Source: an uncultured Gemmatimonadales bacterium
GTDB lineage: Bacteria > Gemmatimonadota > Gemmatimonadetes > Longimicrobiales > Gaopeijiaceae
Direction: 5' to 3'
DNA: 64,000 nucleotides
Assembly: GCA_963823035.1 (NCBI GenBank)
Contig: CAWGKG010000020.1
Coordinates: 64,001 to 128,000, forward strand
Shown here: positions 1 through 9,405 of the stretch, one piece after another
Layout: every line of letters begins with the position of its first letter
Numbering within the stretch: the stretch's first letter is position 1
The notes under the pieces: generated by a model
The model's input: the letters and a program-made list of their open reading frames with translations, nothing else
The model's database searches: none
Told to the model about the DNA's origin: nothing
Made by a program: the position numbers and the translations under genes

Positions 1-1526
1 CCCACGTAGGCCCGCGCGAAGGTGGAGTCGGACTCGATGACCTCGTTGAAGAGGCTGATGGCCTTCTCCAGACTGGTCGCGGTGCGCTCACTCCACTGGT
101 ACTGCGCCTGCTGGTACATCTGCACGATGCGCAGGCGCTCCCGCTCCGTGGTGCTCAGCCGGAGCTGCAGACTCTCGGCCGCGTCGAGCGCGATGCGCTC
201 CGGAAGCTCCATCGCCTGCGTGGTCGGGCTCTGGTAGTAGCTCCCCCACACGTAGGCGCCGGTGCGCACGTCGGTGACCTCCACCGAGACGTTCAGGTTC
301 GAGCCCTGCGTGCGCAGCTGCGTGGTGAGCACCGCGTCCACGCCGAGTTGCTCGCCCAGGCGGATGGCGCCCCGGTCGTCCCCGCCGTACGGCTCCACCG
401 CCTGGAAGGAGAGCACCGTGAGCCCGGGGATCTGCGAGAGCGACGCGATCACGCGCTCCGCCAGCAGGTCGCACAGGTAGACCGTCCCGACGGCCTGGTC
501 CTGGTCGGCGCAGGGGAGGACGGCCATCGAGCGCAGGGGGCGGGGCGAGGACAGCGACGGTCCGGCGAGCTTCCACACGGCGAACGCGGCGACGAGGAGC
601 ACCGGGATGCCGAGCAGCGCCCACCGCCGCCGGCGCGGACGGGCGGCCGGCGGTCCCGGGGATGTCCCGCCCTTCGGTGCGGAGCTCAGGTCGCGGCTGA
701 GCCCGCGCAGCGCCGCCAGGAGGTCGGCCGCGGTCTGGTAGCGCGTCCTGCGGTCCTTCTCCAGCGCCCGCGCGATGACGTGCTCGAGCTCCGGCGGGAG
801 GGAGGAGTCGAGCGTGCGGATGCCGGGAACCGGATCGGGGGAGAGGAGGCTCGCCACCACCGACGACATCGTTCCCTCGTACGGGGTACGCCCGACCGCC
901 ATCTCGTAGAGCACCACGCCCAGTGAGAAGATGTCCGAGCGTGCGTCCACATCCTCGCCGCGGGCCTGCTCGGGCGACATGAACGCCATGGTCCCGACCG
1001 GCGCGCCCGTGGTGAGGCGGTTCTTCTCCCCCCCTCCGTACCGCCCTCGGCGAGGCGCGCGATGCCGAAGTCGAGCACCTTCGCGTCGCCGCGCTTGTTG
1101 ATGAAGACGTTCGCGCTCTTCACGTCGCGGTGGATCACTCCCTGCCGGTGTGCGGCGTCGAGCGCATCGGCCACCTGGATCGCGACGCTCAGGAGGTGCT
1201 CGGACGTCGAGGGGGCCCGACTCGAGGGTCGACTCCAGCGTCTTGCCGTCGAGCAGCTCCATGACGATGAACGGCCTGCCCTCGTACGTCCCGGTGTCGT
1301 AGACCGTGCAGATGTTCTTGTGGCTCAAGCGCGAGATCGCACGGATCTCGGTCTCGAAGCGCTCACGGAACTCCGGGAGGAGCGCCAGCGACGGGTGGAG
1401 GAACTTGATCGCCACCTCGCGGCCGAGCCTGGGGTCGGACGCCCGGTGCAACTCGCCCATGGCTCCCGCGCTCAGGAAGCCCTCGACGACGTAGTGGCCG
1501 AGCCGGGTGCCGGGTGGGTAGGGCAT
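1..1526 (-). CDS. Hanks-type Ser/Thr protein kinase with TM segment and C-terminal TolB-like/TPR-type region; frameshifted, runs off the window start
   Basis: The minus strand from the ATG at 1526 reads [25 protein letters not shown]...[15 protein letters not shown] and DFGIAR are in ORF 686..1174. The remainder lies in other frames (breaks near about 1215 and 1030). Confidence 0.85.
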   Translation of the reverse strand, partial: MPYPPGTRLGHYVVEGFLSAGAMGELHRASDPRLGREVAIKFLHPSLALLPEFRERFETEIRAISRLSHKNICTVYDTGTYEGRPFIVMELLDGKTLESTLESGPLDVRAPPERRDPGGRCARRRTPAGSDPPRREERERLHQQARRREGARLRHRAPRRGRYGGGEKNRLTTGAPVGTMAFMSPEQARGEDVDARSDIFSLGVVLYEMAVGRTPYEGTMSSVVASLLSPDPVPGIRTLDSSLPPELEHVIARALEKDRRTRYQTAADLLAALRGLSRDLSSAPKGGTSPGPPAARPRRRRWALLGIPVLLVAAFAVWKLAGPSLSSPRPLRSMAVLPCADQDQAVGTVYLCDLLAERVIASLSQIPGLTVLSFQAVEPYGGDDRGAIRLGEQLGVDAVLTTQLRTQGSNLNVSVEVTDVRTGAYVWGSYYQSPTTQAMELPERIALDAAESLQLRLSTTERERLRIVQMYQQAQYQWSERTATSLEKAISLFNEVIESDSTFARAYV

Positions 1527-1753
1527 CGTGACTAGCTAGCCAACCAGGATCCGCGCCGTCGGGGACGACCGTGGGGCGCGAGCGGGGAGTCTGTCCCGGC
1601 GAAGGGGCCGGACGCGTGAGGGGGTACCATGCGGCCGGCCGCCCCCGGCCGCAAGCGCATCCGCGACGTCCGCTGGTCGTGACGGAAGACCTCCCGTAAG
1701 ATTGCGATTCGGTCGCTCCGGAAGCTCCGCCTCATCGTCCAGGTTGGCTCCCC

Positions 1754-3991
1754 ATGAGAAAGCTCCTCGTCGTCTTCGCGCTCCTGCTCGCCGGATGCGC
1801 CTCCAGCGAGACCGCCGGCCCCGAGGTGGCCCGCCAGGAGCGGCGGGCTCAGGACGTGACGATCATCCGCGACGACTGGGGCATCGCGCACGTGTACGGG
1901 AAGACGGACGCCGACGCGGTGTTCGGCATGATCTACGCGCAGGCCGAGGACGATTTCAACCGCATCGAGGTCAACTACCTCAACTCGATGGGGCGTCTGG
2001 CGGAGGCCGAGGGCGAGGGGGAGATCTGGCGCGACCTGCGCATGCAGCTCTTCATCGACCCGGAGGATATGCAGGCGAAGTACGCGTCGAGCCCGGACTG
2101 GCTGCGCGCGCTCATGGACGCCTGGGCGGACGGCCTGAACTACTATCTGCATACGCATCCCGACGTGCACCCGCGGGTGCTCACGCGCTTCGAGCCGTGG
2201 ATGGCGCTCACCTTCAGTGAGGGAAGCATCGGCGGCGACATCGAGCGGGTCTCGCTGCGCGACCTCGATGCGTTCTACGGCAGTCGCGGCCGCGAGACGA
2301 CCGGGTCGGCTTCGGCCGCAACGGCCGCGCACAATGCCACCGAAGAGGCCCTCGACGACCGCCTCGCACTCGCCGGCGAATCCCTGCGCGACGAACCCAC
2401 CGGCTCCAACGGCTTCGCGATCGCGCCGTCGAACACAAAGGACGGCCACGCGCTCCTCCTCATCAACCCGCACACCTCCTTCTTCTTCCGCTCCGAGCTG
2501 CAGATGGCGAGCGAGGAGGGGCTCGACGCCTACGGCGCCGTCACCTGGGGGCAGTTCTTCGTCTACCAGGGCTTCAACGACAAGGCGGGCTGGATGCACA
2601 CCTCCAGCGGCGTCGACAACATCGACGAGTTCCTGGAGACCGTGACGCCCGCGGGCGGCGGCTACACGTACCGGCACGGGAGCGAGGAGCTGCCGCTCGA
2701 ACAGCGCGACGTCACCCTCCGCTACAGGACCGAGGCCGGAGGTACGGCCGAGCGGACGTTCACGGTCTACCGCAGCCTGCACGGGCCCATCGTGCGCGAG
2801 GCGGACGGGAAGTGGGTCGCGGTGGGCCTCATGGAGAACCCGGTCGACGCGCTCACGCAGTCGTATTCGCGCACCAAGGCGACCGACTACGCTTCCTTCC
2901 GCACGTCGATGGAGCTGCACACGAACTCGTCCAACAACACGGTCTTCGCGGACGCCGACGGCGACATCGCCTACTTCCACTCCAACTTCATCCCGAAGCG
3001 CGACTCCCGCTTCGACTGGACGAAGCCGGTGGACGGGAGTGACCCGGCCACGGACTGGGGCGAGCCGCTCTCGATCGACCAGACCCCGGGTGCGCTGAAT
3101 CCGCCGAACGGGTGGATCCAGAACACGAACAACGCCCCATGGTCGGTGACCGGGCCGAACAGCCCGAAGAGGGCCGACTATCCGCCCTACGTGGAGTCGG
3201 GGACGGAGAACCCGCGCGGCCTCCACGCGCAGCGCGTGCTCCAGGGGAAGAAGGACTTCACGCTCGCGTCCCTCATCGAGGCGGCTTTCGACCCCTACCT
3301 CACGGCCTTCGAGCCGCTGGTGCCGGCGCTCGTCCGCGCGTACGACCGCACGCCCGCGTCCGATCCGTTGAAGGCCGCGCTGTCCGAGCAGGTCGCGGCG
3401 CTGCGCGGGTGGGACCTGCGCTGGAGCGCGGAGTCCGTGCCGACCTCGCTGGCGGTGTTCTGGGGAACGGAGCTGTTCGAGCGCGTGGCGGCCGACGCGC
3501 GCCGCGCGAACCTGTCGATCTACGACTACGCGGCCGATCGCACGCCGCCGAAGCAGATGCTGGAGGCGCTGAAGGCGGCGTCGGACAAGCTGGCGGCCGA
3601 CTTCGGGAGCTGGCGCACTCCCTGGGGCGACATCAACCGCTTCCAGCGCCTGACGGGAGACATCGTGCAGCCCTTCGACGACGCCGGGCCGAGCATTCCC
3701 GTCCCGTTCACCTCCTCCCGCTGGGGCTCGCTCGCGTCGTTCGGCGCGCGGGCCTATCCTGGCACGAAGAAGTGGTACGGCACGAGCGGGAACAGCTTCG
3801 TGGCGGTGGTCGAGTTCGGCGACAGCGTGCGCGCGCGTGCCATCACGGCGGGCGGCGAGAGTGGAGACCCCGCCTCGCCGCACTTCAACGACGAGGCAGA
3901 GCGGTACGCCTCCGGCGACCTGAGGCCGGTCTACTACTACCGGTCACAGCTCGAGGGGCATACCGAGAGAGAGTATCACCCGGGCGGTTGA
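1754..3991 (+). CDS. Penicillin acylase family (Ntn-hydrolase, S45) amidase, probable lipoprotein
   Basis: Lipobox-like LLAGC; alpha-subunit motif IIRDDWGIAHVYG; beta-subunit start GSNGFAIAP and NPH motif; intact 745 aa ORF. Confidence 0.92.
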   Translation: MRKLLVVFALLLAGCASSETAGPEVARQERRAQDVTIIRDDWGIAHVYGKTDADAVFGMIYAQAEDDFNRIEVNYLNSMGRLAEAEGEGEIWRDLRMQLFIDPEDMQAKYASSPDWLRALMDAWADGLNYYLHTHPDVHPRVLTRFEPWMALTFSEGSIGGDIERVSLRDLDAFYGSRGRETTGSASAATAAHNATEEALDDRLALAGESLRDEPTGSNGFAIAPSNTKDGHALLLINPHTSFFFRSELQMASEEGLDAYGAVTWGQFFVYQGFNDKAGWMHTSSGVDNIDEFLETVTPAGGGYTYRHGSEELPLEQRDVTLRYRTEAGGTAERTFTVYRSLHGPIVREADGKWVAVGLMENPVDALTQSYSRTKATDYASFRTSMELHTNSSNNTVFADADGDIAYFHSNFIPKRDSRFDWTKPVDGSDPATDWGEPLSIDQTPGALNPPNGWIQNTNNAPWSVTGPNSPKRADYPPYVESGTENPRGLHAQRVLQGKKDFTLASLIEAAFDPYLTAFEPLVPALVRAYDRTPASDPLKAALSEQVAALRGWDLRWSAESVPTSLAVFWGTELFERVAADARRANLSIYDYAADRTPPKQMLEALKAASDKLAADFGSWRTPWGDINRFQRLTGDIVQPFDDAGPSIPVPFTSSRWGSLASFGARAYPGTKKWYGTSGNSFVAVVEFGDSVRARAITAGGESGDPASPHFNDEAERYASGDLRPVYYYRSQLEGHTEREYHPGG

Positions 3992-4059
3992 ACCGCCCGG
4001 CAGTCCCCCCAACGTTCTACGAGCGAATAGAGGCACGAGCGAAGCAGCGGGAGGGACCT

Positions 4060-4100
4060 GGCGGGTGGGCGCGCCGACATCGGCGCCCACCCGCCTTCTT
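4060..4100. terminator. Probable intrinsic terminator between convergent genes
   Basis: 12-bp stem ggcgggtgggcg/cgcccacccgcc followed by ttctt. Confidence 0.55.
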
Positions 4101-4102
4101 CG

Positions 4103-5008
4103 TCAGCGTTGGTTCGCTTCGGCGCGCGTGCCCTGGCCGAAGGCGGTGCCCTCGATCCCGCGGAACGTGACCGCCCGCGCCCGTCCGTCCACGTCGAACT
4201 CGAAGCTCACGCCCACCTCGATGTTGAAGAGCCGCGTGCCGTGGTACATGCCCGGGTTGAAGCGTTGCATCCCGGCCGGCACGAGGTCGAAGGTGAGCTC
4301 GTCGCCCGGGTGGATCGGGAAGGGCATGCGACCCCGCAGGGTGCCGTCCGGCCCTTCCGTCACTTCGAGCCAGGCGTTCGTCGGATAGCCAACGCCGTCG
4401 ATGATCCGCAGGTCGTACGTGCCCAGATAGGGCGCGCGATCCTCCGCGGCGAGCGTCGCGGCCTTCGTGGGCTCCACGAGCACGTCGACCGGGACGGCCG
4501 TGGTCCCCCATCGCATCTGCAGCACGGCCGCGTCGCCGGATACGGTCGGGAAGGACCACGTCAGCATCTCGGCGTGGGTGGCCTCCCTCGGCTTCACGGC
4601 GATGTGGATCTGGCCGTCCGCCGAGTCGGGTTTCTGGAAGTGGAAGAGCTTCGGCTCCGGGTTGAGCGTGAGCGTCCACGACGACGCGCGGTGCGGGATC
4701 ATCCACAGGGAGTACTTTCCCGCCGGAACGTCGACGCCGTTCAGGCGGACGTCGCGGTTCGACTCGAGCGTGGTGGCCCAGTTGGCTCCTGGCGTCCAGA
4801 CCACGTCCCACGGGACGAGCACGCCGAACAGCTCCCGACCCCGTGCCGAGGGGCGCGAGTAGGCCATCGAGATCGTGGTCCCGTCGAGCGTCTGGCTGAC
4901 GGCGCCGGCCTCGCTGCCGCGGATCTGGGCGGCGCCGGGCGTGGCGCTCGCCGCGGAGAGCAGGGTCGCGGCGTACGCCGCGACGCCGATGCGTGATAGC
5001 GTCTTCAT
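4103..5008 (-). CDS. DUF2911-like exported protein
   Basis: Signal peptide MKTLSRIGVAAYAATLL; motifs YSRPSARGRELFG.LVPW...WTPGANWAT and VPAGKYSLW. Confidence 0.8.
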   Translation of the reverse strand: MKTLSRIGVAAYAATLLSAASATPGAAQIRGSEAGAVSQTLDGTTISMAYSRPSARGRELFGVLVPWDVVWTPGANWATTLESNRDVRLNGVDVPAGKYSLWMIPHRASSWTLTLNPEPKLFHFQKPDSADGQIHIAVKPREATHAEMLTWSFPTVSGDAAVLQMRWGTTAVPVDVLVEPTKAATLAAEDRAPYLGTYDLRIIDGVGYPTNAWLEVTEGPDGTLRGRMPFPIHPGDELTFDLVPAGMQRFNPGMYHGTRLFNIEVGVSFEFDVDGRARAVTFRGIEGTAFGQGTRAEANQR

Positions 5009-5078
5009 GAGTCGTTCCCCTGTTCGTTTCGTCGATGGAATCGGCGGGGTGCCCCCTCGGGCCGCCCCGCCGTCGCGC

Positions 5079-5501
5079 TCAGGCGAATCGGCGATCGATC
5101 GCCGCGCGGATCTCGTCGAGGGTGCAGCCGTCCTGGTGGAGTTCCCATGCCAGCTTCCCCTCACCCGAGCAGATGTCGCAGTACTGGGCCATCCCGGACT
5201 CCCCGTAGCACGAGAGCAGCGAATACATGCCGGGGAGGTCGGCGCACCCGCACTGACAGCGGATCCCGTCCACCACGTGGGGGATCTCCCGGATGTGGTC
5301 GTAGAGCTCGGCGGCGTGGGGTGCCACGCGCTCGCGCCGAAGCACGACGGAGGCGTCGATCCCCGGTCGGGGGTCCGGGTGCCGGAGGCGCGGCCCGCGA
5401 ACGCTCGCGGCCGCGTGGGCCGGGCGCAGCGAGGCAAGGCCCCACACGCCGGCCAACAACGCCAGCGCACGCCGACGGCTCATCGTCGGGCCGGATGCCA
5501 T
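5079..5501 (-). CDS. PCYCGC-motif-like Cys-rich protein with twin-arginine signal
   Basis: SRRRALALL leader; RCQCGC...LLSCY...YCDIC and C-terminal DEIRAAIDRRF. Confidence 0.7.
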   Translation of the reverse strand: MASGPTMSRRRALALLAGVWGLASLRPAHAAASVRGPRLRHPDPRPGIDASVVLRRERVAPHAAELYDHIREIPHVVDGIRCQCGCADLPGMYSLLSCYGESGMAQYCDICSGEGKLAWELHQDGCTLDEIRAAIDRRFA

Positions 5502-5666
5502 GTCCCGCCCCGTCTCCCCGGTGTGCTCCCTGCCCATCCCCACCCCCCGCCGTCCCGGGCCGCACGAAGGCCCGCCTCGCGACGTGCTCCCTCGCGGCGC
5601 ACGCGTTCCTCCGGGGCTACCGGATCACGGGCGGGATCGGCTCAAGTGACTCGGGCGCGCGTCGGC

Positions 5667-6906
5667 TCACCGGGGCCCGGGGGGAGGCTCCGGCTCGTCC
5701 TGGTTCGGCGCCAGCGGCGACGGTCCGAGGCCGGAGAGCCAGCGCGCGAGTGCCAGCCAGAAGCGCACACGCAGGCCGAGGATCGGGCCGTCCGCTCCGG
5801 GATAGCGGGCGCGAAGCCACGCGGCCGGCGGTGTCGCGACATGCGTGATGTCCCGGAGGGCCGCGGACGCCCCACCCCCGAGACGCCAGCGCAGCAACAA
5901 CCCTCCGAGACGGCCCTGGGTGTCGGAGATCGAGCCCAGAAGCCGTTGGGGACCCAGGTGGCGGCGCTCCGCCCTGCTGGGATGGCCGGACGCGCCGATC
6001 GCGGCCCGCACGTCTTCCGCGAAGGGCACGCCGTAGAGGTGCGCCAGCACGCGTACGATGGTCGCGAGCCGTCGCTCGCCACCGCGCCGGCGTGCGTGAC
6101 GATGCAGCGCGTCCAGGTCGAGCAAGCGGGGCCCCAACCGGCAGAGGTCGCCCACACCTCGCAGGTGGCGAACGACGCGCACGTGCTTGAGGAAGTGGTC
6201 GGCGAGCACCACGAAGTGAGCCTCGGTGCCGGGGATTCCCTGCTCCATGTCCGCGCCGTCCCACAGGGGATCCGGCTCCTCCGAAGCCGCGAGACGGAGC
6301 GTGCCGTACATCGAGCTCCAGTGGAGGTCGACCGTGCCGCCGACTCCCGGTCGGTGCGGAGCCGTCCTCCAGCGTGAACGCCGACACCCATTCCATGCGG
6401 GACGGATCCCACGGCGTCCACGGCGTGAATCCGGCCGCGCTCAAGGTGCGGACCGCCGCCTCGGCATCCCGCGGCGCGACGAGAAGGTCCACGTCTTCGA
6501 GCACGCGCTCGCCGGGGTCCCGGTAGGTCCCGTCCAGCAGGAGCGCGGCGCCCTTGAACACCACGGACGGGATGCCGGCTCGCGTCAGCGCGCCACGTGC
6601 GCGCCCCAGCGTCTCCAGCCGCACGCCGCTTTCCACCGCGGTGCGCACGTAGTGCGGCTCCAGGGCGGCGCGCAGACGAGCGGGGAGGGGGGCGGGCTCG
6701 CCCAGGGCGACCGCGCGGCGCTGCCGGACCACGGCCGTCCCCGCGAGGCCGTGGTGCAGCAAGAAGGTCTCCACGAACCGCCAGTCGGGTGGTTCGGCGG
6801 AGGGATCGTCCCCAGCCTGGGCGGACAGGACGCCCCCGTTCACGGCCCTGGCCGTCGGGCCGCTCAGGAGGCTCCGGAGAACGTCCAACGTCGCCGTGTT
6901 CGTCAA
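5667..6906 (-). CDS. Nucleotidyltransferase family protein (NTP_transf_5-like); frameshift near 6340
   Basis: FKGAALL...YRDPGERVLEDVDLLV, then VDLHW in the next frame; TTG start overlaps the upstream stop (TTGA, 6903-6906). Confidence 0.8.
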
Positions 6907-7766
6907 GGCAGGAGCTCCTCGAGCGTCCGGGCGGCGGCGACGGCACTCCCGAAGTGCACGTCGACGACCCTCGCCCCGTCGAGGAGATCGGCGAACCGGG
7001 GGAACGACGCCAGCGGGGAGGCACCGGTGTCGAGGACGGAGCCGACGAGGAGCTGCAGGCCGACCGCTGCCGAGAGAGGCTCGACCCGCACCCCCGCGCC
7101 CTCGACCCATTCGATCCGCGCCACCACCGCCGCCCTCGCGCCGGGCTCGGCCCAACCGGCGGTCTCCGCCGGATCGTAGCGTGCCTCTCGCGTATCGGCG
7201 TCGAGGAGCGCCGGCGCGGCGACGACGGCGCCCACCTCCTGGAGTCGATCCGCCCCCACCCTCACCGGGCGGGGGAAGGGCGAGAGCCGCCCCCCGTCCT
7301 CGAGGAGGACCACGTCGTCGCCCAGGAGGGGGAGGCCTCGCCTCGACCACGCCAGCGCGAGGCTGGACTTCCCCGATCCGGACGGGCCGAGCGCGAGGAT
7401 CGCCCGAGCGCCTTCGGTGGGCGACCGGACAACGGCGCCCGCCGCGTGCAGGTGGGTCCGCTCGTGGTGCCCGCCCAGGAGGAAGTGGGTGACGCCGAAC
7501 TCGAGGGCACCGACCAGCTCGGCGGGGGTCCGGAAGCGCTGCACGACCGGATCGGTGCGGGCACGCAGTTCGTACCCGCCCGCGGTCTGCGACACGGACA
7601 GGTCCGCCGGGGGGCCCGCGTGGCCGGGCGGGAGTTGCGCGTCCCCGAACATCCCGCGGACGGCATCGATCACCGGTCCCGCGGGTGCCTGGATCGTCAA
7701 CGACCGTTCCTGGATCCCGAAAACGACGCGCAGGGGAAGCTCCGCGTTTCCACTGGAGGACCGCAC
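6903..7766 (-). CDS. HPr kinase-related P-loop kinase
   Basis: HLHAAGAV, Walker A GPSGSGKS, LLGDDVVLL, PFPRP; the GTG start at 7766 is tentative. Confidence 0.8.
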   Translation of the reverse strand: MRSSSGNAELPLRVVFGIQERSLTIQAPAGPVIDAVRGMFGDAQLPPGHAGPPADLSVSQTAGGYELRARTDPVVQRFRTPAELVGALEFGVTHFLLGGHHERTHLHAAGAVVRSPTEGARAILALGPSGSGKSSLALAWSRRGLPLLGDDVVLLEDGGRLSPFPRPVRVGADRLQEVGAVVAAPALLDADTREARYDPAETAGWAEPGARAAVVARIEWVEGAGVRVEPLSAAVGLQLLVGSVLDTGASPLASFPRFADLLDGARVVDVHFGSAVAAARTLEELLP

Positions 7767-7845
7767 GCCCTTCGGCGTGAGGTCGGCGTGACCGGGGGGA
7801 CGCTCAATGGTAGCGCCTGAAAGCCCGGGGCTCCACAATCCCCCC

Positions 7846-8122
7846 ATGACCGGGAATCTCCCCCCACGCCCACGTACCCGAGACGACGTGGTCTTCCGCC
7901 GTCTCGGCGAGGAGTTCGCGATCCTCGATCCCGAGGGGCAGGTCGTGCACGTCCTGAACCCGACCGCGGCAGCGGTGTGGGTGCTCTGCGACGGAACCCT
8001 GCAGCTCGACGGGATCGCCGGGGAGGTCGCGCGCGTCTTCGACGTCGTCCGATCCCGACCGGGTGCGGGCCGACGTGACGGACGCGGTCTCGACCTTCGT
8101 GGATCTCGGACTTCTGCGATGA
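7846..8122 (+). CDS. PqqD-family RiPP recognition element (RRE) protein; frameshift near 8047
   Basis: DVVFRRLGEEFAILD...VHVLNPTAAAVWVLCDG; the shifted frame ends DPDRVRADVTDAVSTFVDLGLLR*, a typical PqqD C-terminus. Confidence 0.82.
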
Positions 8123-9405
8123 GCGTCCATCATTACCGCGGCATGCCGCTTCTCCTCCTCGGCCACTCCCTGCTATCCGCGCCCGTACCTGCGACCGGGC
8201 CGGGAGAAGCCCGCGTGGGTGTCCGGACGGCCGACTCCCTCGTCGCGGCGTGGGTCGACGCCGAACGGGTGCCCGGGGCCGTGCTCCTCGTGTCGGACGG
8301 AGGCACGGTCGTGTTCGAGCGCGCGTACGGATGGGCCCAGCGCTACGCGTTCGGGGGCGGCCAGTACGGCGCCTGGAAGACGGCCGCGCCCACCGGCCAC
8401 ATCCGCCCGATGGACGAGCCGGTGCCGATGACGCGCGAAACCGTCTTCGACCTCGCTTCGGTGACGAAGGTGATGGCGACGACCTTCGCGGTCATGCTGC
8501 TCGTGGACGACGGCGCGCTCGACGTGGAGGCGCCGGTCCATACCTACCTCCCGGACTTCCGAGGTGGAGGGAAGGACGCAATCACCCTGCGCCACCTCCT
8601 CACGCATCGGGCCGGTCTCACCCCGTGGCAGCCGGTGTACTACCACGCCTCCGATGCGGACGGCGCGTACGCCTACATCCGCGACCTGCCGCTGGCCTGG
8701 GGGGTGGGAGAGGGCCGGCACTACTCCGACCTCGGCTTCATGCTGCTCGGCCGTATCGTGGAGCGGGTGGCGGGCACCACGCTCGACGACTTCCTGCGCC
8801 GCCGCCTGTACGGTCCCCTGGGCCTCGAGCGCACCGGCTTCCGCGCGGGCTCGGCCGGAGGGGGCGGAGCAGTCGGCGACGGTCCCTTCGCCGCGACGTC
8901 GCACGGCAACCCCTACGAATACCGCATGGTGCACGACTCCACCTTCGGCTATCGCATCGCGGGCGACGCCGACGCGTGGAGGGGATGGCGGCAACGCACC
9001 CTCCTGGGCGAGGTGAACGACGGCAACGCCTTCCACGCTTTTCGTGGGATGGCCGGCCACGCCGGTCTCTTCTCCGACGCGGGCGACCTCGGCGTGCTCC
9101 TCCAACTCCTGCTGACGCGCGGGGAATACGGCGGACGGCGCTACCTCCGCGCGGAGACCGTCGACGCCTTCCTCGAGCCCACCGGCGACGGGCAGGCGCT
9201 CGGATGGCAGGTACCGGACTACGCGCCCGCAGGGAGCTTCGCGCACACAGGCTTCACGGGCACCTGGGTGCTCGGCGTGCCCGCCCGCGGTCTTGCCGCG
9301 GTGCTCCTGACCAACCGGCAGAACGGCGGCGTCGACGCGCGCGGCCTCTATCCGGACCTCGGCCCCCTGCAGCGCGGGGTGGCCGAGGCTCTTCTGTCGC
9401 GCTAG
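8119..9405 (+). CDS. Serine hydrolase, beta-lactamase class C / AmpC-like family
   Basis: FDLASVTK (SxxK), HLLTHRAGL, YSDLGF, HTGFTG; ATGA overlap with the PqqD stop. Confidence 0.9.
   Translation: MSVHHYRGMPLLLLGHSLLSAPVPATGPGEARVGVRTADSLVAAWVDAERVPGAVLLVSDGGTVVFERAYGWAQRYAFGGGQYGAWKTAAPTGHIRPMDEPVPMTRETVFDLASVTKVMATTFAVMLLVDDGALDVEAPVHTYLPDFRGGGKDAITLRHLLTHRAGLTPWQPVYYHASDADGAYAYIRDLPLAWGVGEGRHYSDLGFMLLGRIVERVAGTTLDDFLRRRLYGPLGLERTGFRAGSAGGGGAVGDGPFAATSHGNPYEYRMVHDSTFGYRIAGDADAWRGWRQRTLLGEVNDGNAFHAFRGMAGHAGLFSDAGDLGVLLQLLLTRGEYGGRRYLRAETVDAFLEPTGDGQALGWQVPDYAPAGSFAHTGFTGTWVLGVPARGLAAVLLTNRQNGGVDARGLYPDLGPLQRGVAEALLSR

Noticed and set aside
7807..9405. Apparent PqqD-beta-lactamase fusion protein (532-aa ORF)
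   Set aside because: A frame change near 8047 restores a normal PqqD C-terminus and a stop overlapping the hydrolase ATG; most likely an indel artefact.
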